From the NCBI GenBank assembly GCA_043781235.1, contig JAYWBT010000132.1, positions 530 to 64,529 on the forward strand: a stretch of DNA of 64,000 nt, in the 5' to 3' direction. The DNA comes from Deltaproteobacteria bacterium (GTDB taxonomy: Bacteria > Myxococcota > Myxococcia > Myxococcales > 40CM-4-68-19). Positions 10,214-20,024 of the stretch are shown piece after piece. The position numbers and the translations under genes are program-made. A model generated the notes under the pieces. The model saw only the letters and a list, made by a program, of their open reading frames with translations, did not search any database and was not told the DNA's origin. Every line of letters starts with the position of its first letter. Within the stretch, counting starts at the first letter, position 1.

Positions 10214-13200
10214 TTAGTCGTGCGGAACCGTGAGCAGGATCGACTGCTGCTCCTTGCGCCCCGCCGAGAAGTTGTCGAGCGAGACGATCATCAAGCCCAA
10301 CGCCGGGCTCTGCGCCCACTCCGCCGGATCGATGGTCTCCGCCACGGTCGCGCTCGCGCCCGGCGCCAGGACGGCGAAGTCGCCGGTGGTGATCGAGTTG
10401 TGGAAGGCGTTGAACTTCGCTGGCACGCTGATCTGGTCGAACCCGCTGGTGAAGCCATCGAAGCTGTTGATGGTGTACGCGAGGCGTGGTTTCGCCGCGC
10501 TGAGGCCGAGGTCGCTCGCGATCACCGGCAGCAGCATGGTCGAGCCGTCGGTCGGCGCGGCGGCGAGGAAGTTGATGCTGACGAACTGCGAGGTCGCGAG
10601 GTCGATGACCGCCACCGCGGTCTGGCCCGCGGCGATGCCGAGCACCGCGTTGAAGTCCGCCGCCACCACCGCGAAGTCCGGCTTGCCGTCGCCGTTGGTG
10701 TCGACCAGCACGTCGAACTCGCCCGGGGCTGCGTTCGACCAGGGCTTGAAGGTGTTGACCGCGAAGACCAGCACCTTGCCGAGCGACGGATCGTCGAACG
10801 ACTGGACGCCGACGGCGCGCACGCCGAAGCGGCCGGCCGTCTCGTTGCTCCCGCGCAGGCCCCAGGCGTAGACGTCCGCGGTGCCGGGGATTTGCGAGGA
10901 CTCGTTGTGCAGGCTCACAGTCGCTGCTGGCGTGGCCGGGCCGAAGTCGCCGTGGATCCGCGCCTCGACCGCCGAGCGTGCCCGCGGGATGAGGTAGTAG
11001 GGAACCGACAGGGAGGTGGTCGCGCCGTTCGCGTCGTCCTCCTCCTCGGGATTGGCGCGGCTGGGCGTCAGGACGATGAGGCCGGCCACCTCGCGGAAAG
11101 CGCTCGAGTCTCCGGCCGTCGCCGCGGGCACGTGGAGCGCCACCCGGATGCGACGGCTCTCGCCGCCGTCGATGGTGATGTGCTGGCGGCCGAGCTCCAC
11201 CGTGTGCGGCGAGCCGCCCACCGGAACCGCGGACACGTCGAACCGGGCGTCGTTCTCGCCGAGGTTGCGCACCAGCAACTCGCGCTCGACGGTGACGTCA
11301 CGGCCGAACTCGACCACCCCGAAGCTCAGGTTGGCCGCATCGCGCCGCGCATCGCGCGCCACCACCGAGGTTTGCACCGCCGGCAGGGCCTCGACCACGC
11401 CTGAGCCGCCGCGCGAGACCGCGAAGCCGTGGACCACCGAGGCGTCCGCGGTGTTGAGGATGGCGGTGCGCACGTCGGCCGGATCCCAGCCCGGGTGCGC
11501 CTGCAGCGCCAGCACCGCGACGCCCGCGACGTGCGGGGTCGCCATCGAGGTGCCGGAGAAGGCAGCACCCTCGGTGCCGGTGCCCATCAGGCTGGAGACG
11601 ATGTTCACGCCCGGGCCGGTGATGTCAGGCTTGAGGACGCCGTCGTTCGAGCGCGGGCCGGCCGAGCTGAAGCTCGCGAAGGCGTGGTAGCTGGGATTGG
11701 GAATTGCCGGGGCATTGGAGAGGACGGCGCTCGAGGCCCCGGCCAGCGCCGCGCTGTTGGTCTTGCTGACGCCGAGGAACGGAATGGTGACGCCGTGAAT
11801 GGCGCCCTCGAAGGGCGGGAGCGCGGCGGAGCTGTTGATCATCGCCACCGCGGCGGCGCCGTGGCGCTGTCCGAAGGTGGCCCGATCGACGCGCGCGCAG
11901 ATGCCGCGCTTGGTGACGACCAGCTTGCCGGCGATCTTCGCATCGACGTATTCCGCCTCATTGCAGCCGAGCGAGACTGCGCCCGACGAGGTGCGGAGGA
12001 CCACCACCTGCAGCGAGGTGCCGTCGGTGACCGGCGCGTTATTCGAGTTCTGCGCGAGGACGTTGCCGCCCGGCGTGAGCGCGAGCTGGACGCGGCCGAA
12101 CGACGCCGGCGAGGTGGTATCCATCGCCGCGACGCTGATGGTCTTGTCGCCCGCCCCAGGAGAGCTGGTGATGTAGGGCGCGGAGCCGGCGTTGCCCGAG
12201 GCAGCGACCACGATCACACCCGCCTCCGCGGCGTTCTCGGAGGCCTCGGCGTCGGAGCTGTCTTCGTCGCCGAAGTTCGCGCCCAGCGACATGCTGATGA
12301 CCTGCATGCCGTGCTTGACCGACCAGTCGATGGCGTCGGTGACCACGTTGGTCGAGCCGCTGCAGCCGAAGACGCGCACCGAGTAGAGGTCGGCGAGCGG
12401 GGCGACGCCGGGGCCGACGGTGAACTTCTGCCCGGGCGTGCTGGCGTCATACGGGCCGTGGAAGGTGGTGCCGTTCGCGAGCACGCCGGAGCCCGCCGCG
12501 GTCCCGGCGGTGTGGCTGCCGTGGGAATTGCAGTCGAGTGGGTTGGAGTCCGGCACCGGGACGCTGCCCGGAATGTTGGCGTCGTAGGCGTCGCCGACCA
12601 GGTCGGTGCCGCCCTTCACGCGGGGCGCGGTGGGTCCGAACAGGGCGGGGTCCGCAGGCAACGTGGAGGTCGCGGCGGCGGCGTTGAACGCGGCCACCGT
12701 GCCGGGTCCACCGAAGTTGGCGTGGGTGTAATCGATGCCCGTGTCGATGATGGCGATCTTGATGTTCTCGCCGTGGAAGCCGGTCGCGCCCCAGGCCGCG
12801 TCGCCGCCGATGAACGGAACGCTGGTGGCGTTGTTGAGCGTATGCACCCGCACGCTCTTCACCCCGACGACGCCGGGGAGGGTGGCGAAGGCCGCGAGCC
12901 GGCCCGCGGGGATACGCACCTTGATGCCGTTGATGGCGTTCTGGAAGGTGGCGAGCACCGTCCCGCGGTTGGCCTCGATCATCGGGATCAGGTTGCGCTG
13001 CTGCGCCGACAGGTCGCTCTCGATCCGCGCCTTCTCGGCAACGCTGAGAGTCTTGCCCGGCGCACGCGCCTGCACCACCGCGACCGGATCGCCGGCAAGC
13101 TTGAGCACCACGGTCAGGCCGTCGGAGGCACCGGCGCTCGCGGCCGCGCCGCCGCCGTCGTCGGCAACGACCTGGTCCGGGGCCGGCGTCCGCACGAAGC

Positions 13201-13273
13201 GGCCGATCCCCTGTGCCTGGGCTCCGGTCGCGGCGAGCGCGAGCGCGGCCACTGCTTGTTGAAAGAAGCGCAT
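10214..13273 (-). CDS. secreted subtilisin-family (S8) serine protease with large C-terminal extension
   Basis: Catalytic triad contexts are present: IIDTGIDYTH (Asp), HGSHTAGTAAG (His) and SGTSMATPHVAG (Ser). ATG at 13273 gives the signal peptide MRFFQQAVAALALAATGAQA. Confidence 0.85.
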   Translation of the reverse strand: MRFFQQAVAALALAATGAQAQGIGRFVRTPAPDQVVADDGGGAAASAGASDGLTVVLKLAGDPVAVVQARAPGKTLSVAEKARIESDLSAQQRNLIPMIEANRGTVLATFQNAINGIKVRIPAGRLAAFATLPGVVGVKSVRVHTLNNATSVPFIGGDAAWGATGFHGENIKIAIIDTGIDYTHANFGGPGTVAAFNAAAATSTLPADPALFGPTAPRVKGGTDLVGDAYDANIPGSVPVPDSNPLDCNSHGSHTAGTAAGSGVLANGTTFHGPYDASTPGQKFTVGPGVAPLADLYSVRVFGCSGSTNVVTDAIDWSVKHGMQVISMSLGANFGDEDSSDAEASENAAEAGVIVVAASGNAGSAPYITSSPGAGDKTISVAAMDTTSPASFGRVQLALTPGGNVLAQNSNNAPVTDGTSLQVVVLRTSSGAVSLGCNEAEYVDAKIAGKLVVTKRGICARVDRATFGQRHGAAAVAMINSSAALPPFEGAIHGVTIPFLGVSKTNSAALAGASSAVLSNAPAIPNPSYHAFASFSSAGPRSNDGVLKPDITGPGVNIVSSLMGTGTEGAAFSGTSMATPHVAGVAVLALQAHPGWDPADVRTAILNTADASVVHGFAVSRGGSGVVEALPAVQTSVVARDARRDAANLSFGVVEFGRDVTVERELLVRNLGENDARFDVSAVPVGGSPHTVELGRQHITIDGGESRRIRVALHVPAATAGDSSAFREVAGLIVLTPSRANPEEEDDANGATTSLSVPYYLIPRARSAVEARIHGDFGPATPAATVSLHNESSQIPGTADVYAWGLRGSNETAGRFGVRAVGVQSFDDPSLGKVLVFAVNTFKPWSNAAPGEFDVLVDTNGDGKPDFAVVAADFNAVLGIAAGQTAVAVIDLATSQFVSINFLAAAPTDGSTMLLPVIASDLGLSAAKPRLAYTINSFDGFTSGFDQISVPAKFNAFHNSITTGDFAVLAPGASATVAETIDPAEWAQSPALGLMIVSLDNFSAGRKEQQSILLTVPHD

Positions 13274-13412
13274 CGAGTGTCCCCCTTGAAGGATTCCACG
13301 CCAGGTGGAAGGGGGAGAAGGTAAGCGCGGGTGGGGCAAGCGGTCAATCGCCCGGCTGGTTGACAACCGGCAGCTTACGTGCCGCGAGAGCGAGGCTGCG
13401 CAGGCGTCGCGG

Positions 13413-13856
13413 TCATTTCCTTCCGCCGGAGACGAGCCACTCGACCGCCTCGAGATACCCCGCCACGCCCTTGCCCATGATGCGGTGGGCGACGACGTCG
13501 GCGATGACGCTCGCGTGGCGGAACGGCTCGCGCTTCGAGAGGTCGCTCAGGTGCACCTCGACCACGCGGAGCTGCGGCACCGAGGCGATCGCGTCGCGCA
13601 GGGCATATGAATAGTGCGTATAGGCGCCGGGATTGAAGATGCAGCCCTGCGACCATTTGCGCGCCTCGTGGAGCTTATCGATCAATGCGCCTTCATGATT
13701 CGATTGATAAGCGCGCACCGTGGCGCCCAGCTCCTGCGCGCGCGCGGTGACCAGGGTCTCGAGCTGGGCGAGCGTGGTGGTGCCGTAGACGGCGGGCTGG
13801 CGCTCGCCGAGCAGGTTCAGGTTCGGGCCGTTCAGGAGCAGCAGGTGCAATGCCAT
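13413..13856 (-). CDS. aroQ: type II 3-dehydroquinate dehydratase
   Basis: LLLNGPNLNLLGERQP, QSNHEG and NPGAYTHYS motifs are present. Confidence 0.9.
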   Translation of the reverse strand: MALHLLLLNGPNLNLLGERQPAVYGTTTLAQLETLVTARAQELGATVRAYQSNHEGALIDKLHEARKWSQGCIFNPGAYTHYSYALRDAIASVPQLRVVEVHLSDLSKREPFRHASVIADVVAHRIMGKGVAGYLEAVEWLVSGGRK

Positions 13857-13866
13857 GACGACCTCT

Positions 13867-14988
13867 TTACGCGAGCGCGGCGTCGAGCGCGCGGAGGCAC
13901 TCGGCCGGCTCGACCTCGGCGAGCTCCGGCGCGCCGAGCCCGCGCAGGAGCACGAAGCGCACCTGGCCCGCCTTGACCTTCTTGTCGCGGGTCAGCGCCG
14001 CCAGCGCCCGCTCGCGCTCGCTGCCGTCGAGCCGCGCCTGGGGAACGCGCAGCCGCGAGACGAGTTGCATGGCGCGCGCGTGCGAAGGCGCGTCGAGCAT
14101 TCCCCGCGCCCGTGAGAGCTCGAGCGCAGAGCGCAGCCCGAACGCCACCGCTTCGCCGTGCGTGAACCGCGCGTAGCCGGTCGCCGCTTCGAGCGCGTGG
14201 CCAACGGTATGTCCCAGATTCAGGAATGCGCGCGCGCCGCCTTCACGCTCGTCGGCTGAGACCACCCGCGCCTTGTGGCGCAGCGACGCTTCGATGAGCG
14301 GCGCGAGCGCCTGGGACTCTCCGGCCGCGGCCCGGTCGAGCAGCGCCTCGCAGGCGGAGAGCATCGAGGGCTCGAGCAGCGCGCACTTGACCACCTCGGC
14401 GAGCCCGCTCCAGCGCTCGCGCTCGGGCAGCGTCGCGAGCAGCGCCGGATCGCAGAGCACCACCCGCGGCTGGTGGAACGCGCCGACCAGGTTCTTGCCG
14501 GCGCCCAGGTTCGCGCCTGTCTTGCCGCCCAGGCCGGCATCTACCTGCGCAAGCAGCGTGGACGGCACCGAGACCCAGGGCACGCCGCGCAGGTAGAGCG
14601 CGGCGGCGAGGCCCGCCAGATCGGTGAGCACGCCGCCGCCGACGGCGACCACGAAGCCGTCGCGCCCGACACCGCGGGCGGAGAGCACCTCGCACATCGC
14701 CTCGACCTCGGCGAGCGACTTGCGCGCCTCGGTGACGGGTCGCGCCAGCAGCTCGCCGAAGGCCGGCGTGAGGGCGCGCAGCGCGGGGCCATGGAGCGCG
14801 ATCAGCTTCGCGTCGCAGAGCAGGCCGGCGCGCGCGCCGAGATCGCGCGCCAGATCGGGCAGCAGCGAGAGAGGCCCGACGACCACGCGCGTCCGCTCTC
14901 CCGAGGGGAACTCGACGCTGAAGTCCGCGGCGGGCGCGGTGTCGCCAGCCCGCGTCGGGCCGAGCTGGCTGCCGTCAGCGGTGGGCAC
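13867..14988 (-). CDS. aroB: 3-dehydroquinate synthase
   Basis: VGGGVLTDLAG, VPSTLLAQVDAGLGGKTG and LNLGHTVGHALE motifs are present. The start is uncertain. GTG at 14988 overlaps the upstream stop by 14 nt. The longer ORF reaching 15261 lies in an alternative frame over aroK. Confidence 0.8.
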   Translation of the reverse strand: MPTADGSQLGPTRAGDTAPAADFSVEFPSGERTRVVVGPLSLLPDLARDLGARAGLLCDAKLIALHGPALRALTPAFGELLARPVTEARKSLAEVEAMCEVLSARGVGRDGFVVAVGGGVLTDLAGLAAALYLRGVPWVSVPSTLLAQVDAGLGGKTGANLGAGKNLVGAFHQPRVVLCDPALLATLPERERWSGLAEVVKCALLEPSMLSACEALLDRAAAGESQALAPLIEASLRHKARVVSADEREGGARAFLNLGHTVGHALEAATGYARFTHGEAVAFGLRSALELSRARGMLDAPSHARAMQLVSRLRVPQARLDGSERERALAALTRDKKVKAGQVRFVLLRGLGAPELAEVEPAECLRALDAALA

Positions 14989-16657
14989 GCTGCGCCTCCA
15001 GCGCCTGCAGCGCGGACACCACCAGCGCGGCGACCTGCTGCGGTGAGAGCCCGGGCACGTCCACGGCTGCGTCGGCGAGGCGGGCGTAGAGAGGATTGCG
15101 CTCTGCCGCCAGCTCGGCGAGCCGCGCCGCCGGATCGCCGGCGAGCAGCGGACGGGGCGAGGATCCGGCGCGCGCAACGCACAGCTCCGCCGGTGCGCGC
15201 AGCCAGACGAGGTGGCCGCTGCGGCGGACCGCGAGCCGCACCGATCGCGAGAGGACCGCACCGCCGCCGAGCGCGATCACGCTGCGCGGACCCGCGAGCA
15301 CTTCCTGCAGCGCCGTCACCTCGCGCGCGCGAAAGCCCGCCTCGCCCCCGGCAGCGAAGAGGGCGGGAATGTCGCCCAGCCGGCCGTCGAGGTCGATGCT
15401 TGGGATCCCAAGCATCTGGGCGACGAGCGGTGCCACGGTGGACTTGCCCGCCGCCGGCAGGCCGCAGAGGAAGACATGCCCTTCGAGCAACCGGGAGCGC
15501 CGCCACACCTCGCGCAGGCTCGCGTGCAGCTCGTCCATCGAATCGCCGCCGAGCTTGTCCAGGAGCGCGTCCGCGAGCGCCAGCGCGATCATCGCCTCGC
15601 CGACGACCGCGGCGGCGGGCACGGCGCAGGTGTCGCTGCGCTCGACGTGCGCGGCGTCGGGAAGGCCGGTCAGCAGATCGACGCTGCCCAGCGCGGCCGG
15701 CACGGTGGCGATGGGCTTCATCGACGCGCGCAGGAAGAGCGGCTCGCCGTTGGTGACGCCGCCCTCGAGCCCGCCGGCGTGATTGGACGGCCTGGAAAAG
15801 CCGCCGCCGAGCCGCGCGATGGGGTCGTGCACCTGCGAGCCGAGGAGCGTCGCGCCGCGGAAGCCGTCGCCCAGCTCGACCGCCTTGATGGCGGGGATGC
15901 ACGCCAGCGCGCGCGCGAGCACGCCGTCGAGCTTGAGGTCGTGCTGCGTATAGCTGCCCAGCCCGGGCGGCACGCCGGTCGCGCGCACCTCGAAGGTGCC
16001 GCCGATGGTGTCGCGCTGCTTCTGCGCCGCGACGATCGCCGCGATGAAGGCCGGCTCGGCGTCCGGGTCAAGGCAGCGCACTGGGGAACCATCAGCGCGC
16101 AGCGCGAGCGCTTCGGGGTCGTCGCCGTCGACCACCAGCGCCGAATGCGCCGCGCCGATCGAGGTGACCCACGAGCCGACGCGAATATCCAGCTCGTCGA
16201 GCAGGCGCCGCGCCGCCGCGCCAAGCGCGACGCGCATCGCCGTCTCGCGCGCGGAGGCGCGCTCGAGAGAGTTCCGCAGGTCGCGGTGGCCGAACTTCAC
16301 CGCCCCGGTCAGATCTGCGTGGCCGGGCCGCGGCAGCGTGACCTCCTTGCCGCGCAGGGAAAAATCGGCGTCCTCGACCGCCATGCGCTCGGACCACGCC
16401 TTCGAGTGATCGACGTTCTCGATCAGGATCGCGAGCGGGCTGCCCAGCGTCTGCCCGTGCCGCACGCCCGCGAGGATGCGCGGCTCCTCGGGCTCGATCT
16501 TCATCCGCCCGCCGCGGCCGTAGCCGAGCTTGCGCCGCTGCAGGTCGCGCTCGAAGTGCGCGGCGGCGAGCGCGAGGCCCGCGGGCAGGCCGTCGAGGAT
16601 GCCGACCAGCGCGGGGCCGTGCGACTCGCCGGCGGTGAGGAAGCGCAGGCGGCTCAC
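14975..16657 (-). CDS. bifunctional chorismate synthase / shikimate kinase (single 560-aa ORF)
   Basis: The N-terminal ~395 aa is chorismate synthase (FLTAGESHGPAL, LPRPGHAD, GRSSARETA-like ERASARETA). The C-terminal ~165 aa is shikimate kinase (Walker A GLPAAGKST, DLD, LGGGAV). There is no stop or frame change between the two parts. GTG start overlaps the aroE stop (GTGA). Confidence 0.8.
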   Translation of the reverse strand: MSRLRFLTAGESHGPALVGILDGLPAGLALAAAHFERDLQRRKLGYGRGGRMKIEPEEPRILAGVRHGQTLGSPLAILIENVDHSKAWSERMAVEDADFSLRGKEVTLPRPGHADLTGAVKFGHRDLRNSLERASARETAMRVALGAAARRLLDELDIRVGSWVTSIGAAHSALVVDGDDPEALALRADGSPVRCLDPDAEPAFIAAIVAAQKQRDTIGGTFEVRATGVPPGLGSYTQHDLKLDGVLARALACIPAIKAVELGDGFRGATLLGSQVHDPIARLGGGFSRPSNHAGGLEGGVTNGEPLFLRASMKPIATVPAALGSVDLLTGLPDAAHVERSDTCAVPAAAVVGEAMIALALADALLDKLGGDSMDELHASLREVWRRSRLLEGHVFLCGLPAAGKSTVAPLVAQMLGIPSIDLDGRLGDIPALFAAGGEAGFRAREVTALQEVLAGPRSVIALGGGAVLSRSVRLAVRRSGHLVWLRAPAELCVARAGSSPRPLLAGDPAARLAELAAERNPLYARLADAAVDVPGLSPQQVAALVVSALQALEAQRAHR

Positions 16658-17505
16658 GACAGGGCCGCCGCGCGCAGCGGCGCGTAGAGGTCATCGAGCG
16701 GCGCGCGGCCGAGCCAGATCTCGAGCGAGGCGATCGCCTGGTGCACCAGGACCGCGAGGCCGTCGATCGCTTGCGGGGCGCGACCCGTGGCGGAGGCGGG
16801 ATTGGCGCGGTCGCGCGCGGCGCGCACCAGCGCGGTCGGGCCCGTCTTCGAGTACACCAGATCGACCAGCGTGGCATCCGGGGCGAGCAGCGCCGGATCA
16901 AACGGCAGCTCGTCGGTCTCGAGCCCGACCGTGGTGCAGTGCACCACCAGTGAAGCTGATTTCACCGCCTCGATCGGCGCGGCTTCAGAGGCGGAGCAGC
17001 CGGCCGCGCGGCAAAGGGCCGCGAGCGAGCGCGCTTTCGCCTCGGTGCGGTTGACGATCGCGATCGAAGCCGCGCGCGCCGAGAGCGCCAGCGCCGCGGC
17101 CCGCGCCGAGCCGCCGGCGCCGATGATCACCGCGCGCGCCCCGTCGAGGGCCCCCTCGAGCTCCAGGATTCGCAGCGCGCGCAGCAGGCCGGGCGCGTCG
17201 GTGTTGTGGCCGACCAGCTGTCCGTCGGCGGTGCGCCGCACGCAGTTGACCGCGCCGATGCGCACGGCGTCCTTCGCAACCCGGTCGCAGAGATTCGCTA
17301 CCGCGGTCTTGTGCGGCACGGTCACGTTGAAGCCCGCGGCCCCCAGCGCGCGCAGGCCGAGAACCGCTTGCGGCAGCTCGGCAGCGGCGACCAGGCAAGG
17401 CGCGTAGACGGCATCGATGCCGAGGAGCGCGAAGGCGCGCGCGTGGATCTTCGGCGACAGCGAGTGCGCGACGGGATCTCCCAGCAGGCAGAAGAGGCGC
17501 CGCAT
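16654..17505 (-). CDS. aroE: shikimate dehydrogenase
   Basis: LLGDPVAHSLSPKIH, NVTVPHK and IGAGGSARA motifs are present. ATG at 17505 overlaps the aroA stop (ATGA). Confidence 0.85.
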   Translation of the reverse strand: MRRLFCLLGDPVAHSLSPKIHARAFALLGIDAVYAPCLVAAAELPQAVLGLRALGAAGFNVTVPHKTAVANLCDRVAKDAVRIGAVNCVRRTADGQLVGHNTDAPGLLRALRILELEGALDGARAVIIGAGGSARAAALALSARAASIAIVNRTEAKARSLAALCRAAGCSASEAAPIEAVKSASLVVHCTTVGLETDELPFDPALLAPDATLVDLVYSKTGPTALVRAARDRANPASATGRAPQAIDGLAVLVHQAIASLEIWLGRAPLDDLYAPLRAAALS

Positions 17506-18956
17506 CAGCGCAGGATCTCCACGTCGGCGCCGAGGCGGCGCAAGAGCTCGAAGAACCCGGGGAACGAGACGTCGGCCCACTCTGCAGAGGTGATCTCCGT
17601 CGGTCCGTCGGCAGCGAGCGCGGCGATGGAGAAGGCGAGCGCGATGCGGTGGTCGTGCGCCGAATCGATCACCGCGCCGCCGTGCAGGTTGCCGCCGCGC
17701 ACGGAGAGCCCGTCGGGGAACTCCTCGACGGTAGCGCCCATCGCGCGCAGGCCGGACGCCATCTGCGCGAGCCGGTCCGACTCCTTGACGCGCAACTCCG
17801 CGGCGCCGCGGATGGTCGTCGTTCCCGAGGCGAGCGCGCCCAGCACCGCGAGGATGGGCACCTCGTCGATGGCGCGCAGCACCAGGTCTCCGTCGAGCAC
17901 CGCGCCCGAGAGCCGTTGCGCCGCGGTCTTGAGCTTCGCCACCGGCTCGCCCGCCGCGCCCCCCTCGAGCTCCAAGGTCACCCGCGCGCCGAACGAGGCG
18001 AGCGCGTCGAGGAAGCCCGCGCGCGTGGGATTGACGCCGACGTGCTCCAGCTCGAGGGCGCTCCCTTCCGGAGCCACCAGCGCCAGCGCGAGCAAGAACG
18101 CCGCCGAGCTCAGGTCGCCCGGCACGTCGAGCGCGAACGGCTTCAGGCGAGCGGGTCCGCGCACGCTGACCGTGGTGCCGCGCACCGAGAGCTCCGCGCC
18201 CATCTGCTTCAAGAGCCGCTCGGTGTGATCGCGGCTACGCAGCGGCTCGGTGAAGCTGGTTTCACCCTCGATGAAGAGGCCCGCGAGCAGCACCGCGCTC
18301 TTCAACTGCGCGCTCGAAATCTCCGCAGCAATTGCGCCCGCCCGCAGCTTCGAGGCGCGCCGCACCGTCACCGGCGGGCGTCCATTCGGGCCCGTCTCGA
18401 TCACCGCGCCGAGCGTGCGCAGCGGCGCCGCTACGCGCTCCATCGGCCGCCGCGACAAGGACGCGTCGCCGATCAGCGTGGCCTCGATGCCCGCGCCCGC
18501 CAGCACGCCGGTGAGCAGGCGCAGGGTGGTGCCGGAGTTGCCGCAGTCGAGGGCCGAGAACGGCTCCTCCAGCCCGTCGAGCCCCTGCCCGATCACGATG
18601 GCGTCGTCGTGATCCATGTCGGGATCGTGCTCGGGCAGCGGCGTTGAGCCGCGGGGCCGCGTCGGCCCGACATAGGTGGTCTCTCCATACGGCTGCAGTT
18701 GCGACGACAGGTGCGCCGGCTGGGGCGGCGGGTGCCACGGCGTCCCGTCGCCGCGGATGAGCGGCACCCCCAGCTGCGCGAGGCAGAAGGCGGTCGAGCG
18801 CACGTCGCCGCCGGGCGCGAGACCGGCGATGCGGCTCTCGCCCTCGGCCAGCGCGGCGAAGAGCAGCGCCCGGTGGGAGATGCTCTTGTCGCCCGGCACC
18901 CGCAGCGCGCCTTGCGGCCGCAGCGGCCCGCGCAGCGGCGAGATCCGGACGCGCAC
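17505..18956 (-). CDS. aroA: 3-phosphoshikimate 1-carboxyvinyltransferase (EPSP synthase) with an internal Pro-rich insertion
   Basis: VPGDKSISHRAL, LDCGNSGTTLRLL and RVKESDR motifs are present. GTG start. The protein is 483 aa, longer than typical. Confidence 0.85.
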   Translation of the reverse strand: MRVRISPLRGPLRPQGALRVPGDKSISHRALLFAALAEGESRIAGLAPGGDVRSTAFCLAQLGVPLIRGDGTPWHPPPQPAHLSSQLQPYGETTYVGPTRPRGSTPLPEHDPDMDHDDAIVIGQGLDGLEEPFSALDCGNSGTTLRLLTGVLAGAGIEATLIGDASLSRRPMERVAAPLRTLGAVIETGPNGRPPVTVRRASKLRAGAIAAEISSAQLKSAVLLAGLFIEGETSFTEPLRSRDHTERLLKQMGAELSVRGTTVSVRGPARLKPFALDVPGDLSSAAFLLALALVAPEGSALELEHVGVNPTRAGFLDALASFGARVTLELEGGAAGEPVAKLKTAAQRLSGAVLDGDLVLRAIDEVPILAVLGALASGTTTIRGAAELRVKESDRLAQMASGLRAMGATVEEFPDGLSVRGGNLHGGAVIDSAHDHRIALAFSIAALAADGPTEITSAEWADVSFPGFFELLRRLGADVEILR

Positions 18957-18959
18957 GGC

Positions 18960-20009
18960 TCAGCGGCCCCGCGCCGGCTGGGCGGGCGGGAGCCGGTACA
19001 TGGTGCGGCCGACCGCATGGGCGATCTTCTCCACCTCGCGCATCAGCTCGGCGAACATGGCGAGGTTGAGCGACTGCATGCCGTCGCTCAGCGCGCGGTC
19101 CGGGTCGGGGTGGACCTCGATGATGAGCCCGTCCGCGCCTGCCGCCACCGCCGCGCGCGCCATCGGCAACACGCCGCTGCGGATGCCGATGCCGTGCGAC
19201 GGATCGACCACCACCGGCAGGTGCGAGAGCGACTTGAGCATCGGCACCGCGTTCAGGTCGAGCGTGTTGCGGGTCATGGTCTCGAAGGTGCGGATGCCGC
19301 GCTCGCAGAGGATGACCTGCTGGTTGCCGCGCGAGACGATGTACTCGGCGGCCATCAGCAGCTCCTTGATGGTGGAGCTCATGCCGCGCTTGAGCAGCAC
19401 CGGCTTGCGCAGATCGCCGACCGCCTCGAGCAGCGAGAAGTTCTGCATGTTGCGCGCGCCGATCTGGAGCAGGTCGGCGGTCTCGGCCACGGCGGCGAGC
19501 GTCTCGGTGTCCTTCACCTCGGTGACGATCTTGAGGCCGGTCTCGGCGCGGCCCTTCGCCAGCAGCTCGAGGCCCTTCTGCTTGAGGCCCTGGAAGTCGT
19601 ACGGGCTGGTGCGTGGCTTGAACGCGCCGCCGCGCAGGAACGACGCACCGCTCTTCGCGACGCCGTGTGCGGACGCCAGGATCTGGGCCTCGTTCTCCAC
19701 GGCGCACGGCCCCGCCATCACCACGATCGCGGGCCCGCCGATGGGTACGCCCGCCACGTTCACGACCGTGTCGTCGTGCTTCACCTCCCGACTGACGAGC
19801 TTGTACGGCGCGGTGACGGGAATGCAGTCGGCGACGCCGTCGAGCAAGCGGAAGTGGCCGGGGTCCACCGCGCCCTTGTTGCCGGTGATGCCGATGGCGG
19901 TGCGGCCGGCTCCCGAGATGGCGTGCGGCGTGAAGCCCAGCTCGCGGATGCGGCCTTCGACGAGCTCTTGCTGCGGCTTGGTGATGTCAGGATGGAGGAC
20001 GATCAGCAT
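18960..20009 (-). CDS. aroF: 3-deoxy-7-phosphoheptulonate (DAHP) synthase, type I-beta with N-terminal ferredoxin-like regulatory domain
   Basis: [25 protein letters not shown] and DPSH motifs are present. A ~70-aa N-terminal extension is arranged like the Thermotoga-type enzyme. Confidence 0.85.
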   Translation of the reverse strand: MLIVLHPDITKPQQELVEGRIRELGFTPHAISGAGRTAIGITGNKGAVDPGHFRLLDGVADCIPVTAPYKLVSREVKHDDTVVNVAGVPIGGPAIVVMAGPCAVENEAQILASAHGVAKSGASFLRGGAFKPRTSPYDFQGLKQKGLELLAKGRAETGLKIVTEVKDTETLAAVAETADLLQIGARNMQNFSLLEAVGDLRKPVLLKRGMSSTIKELLMAAEYIVSRGNQQVILCERGIRTFETMTRNTLDLNAVPMLKSLSHLPVVVDPSHGIGIRSGVLPMARAAVAAGADGLIIEVHPDPDRALSDGMQSLNLAMFAELMREVEKIAHAVGRTMYRLPPAQPARGR

Positions 20010-20024
20010 CGGGCGACTATAGCG

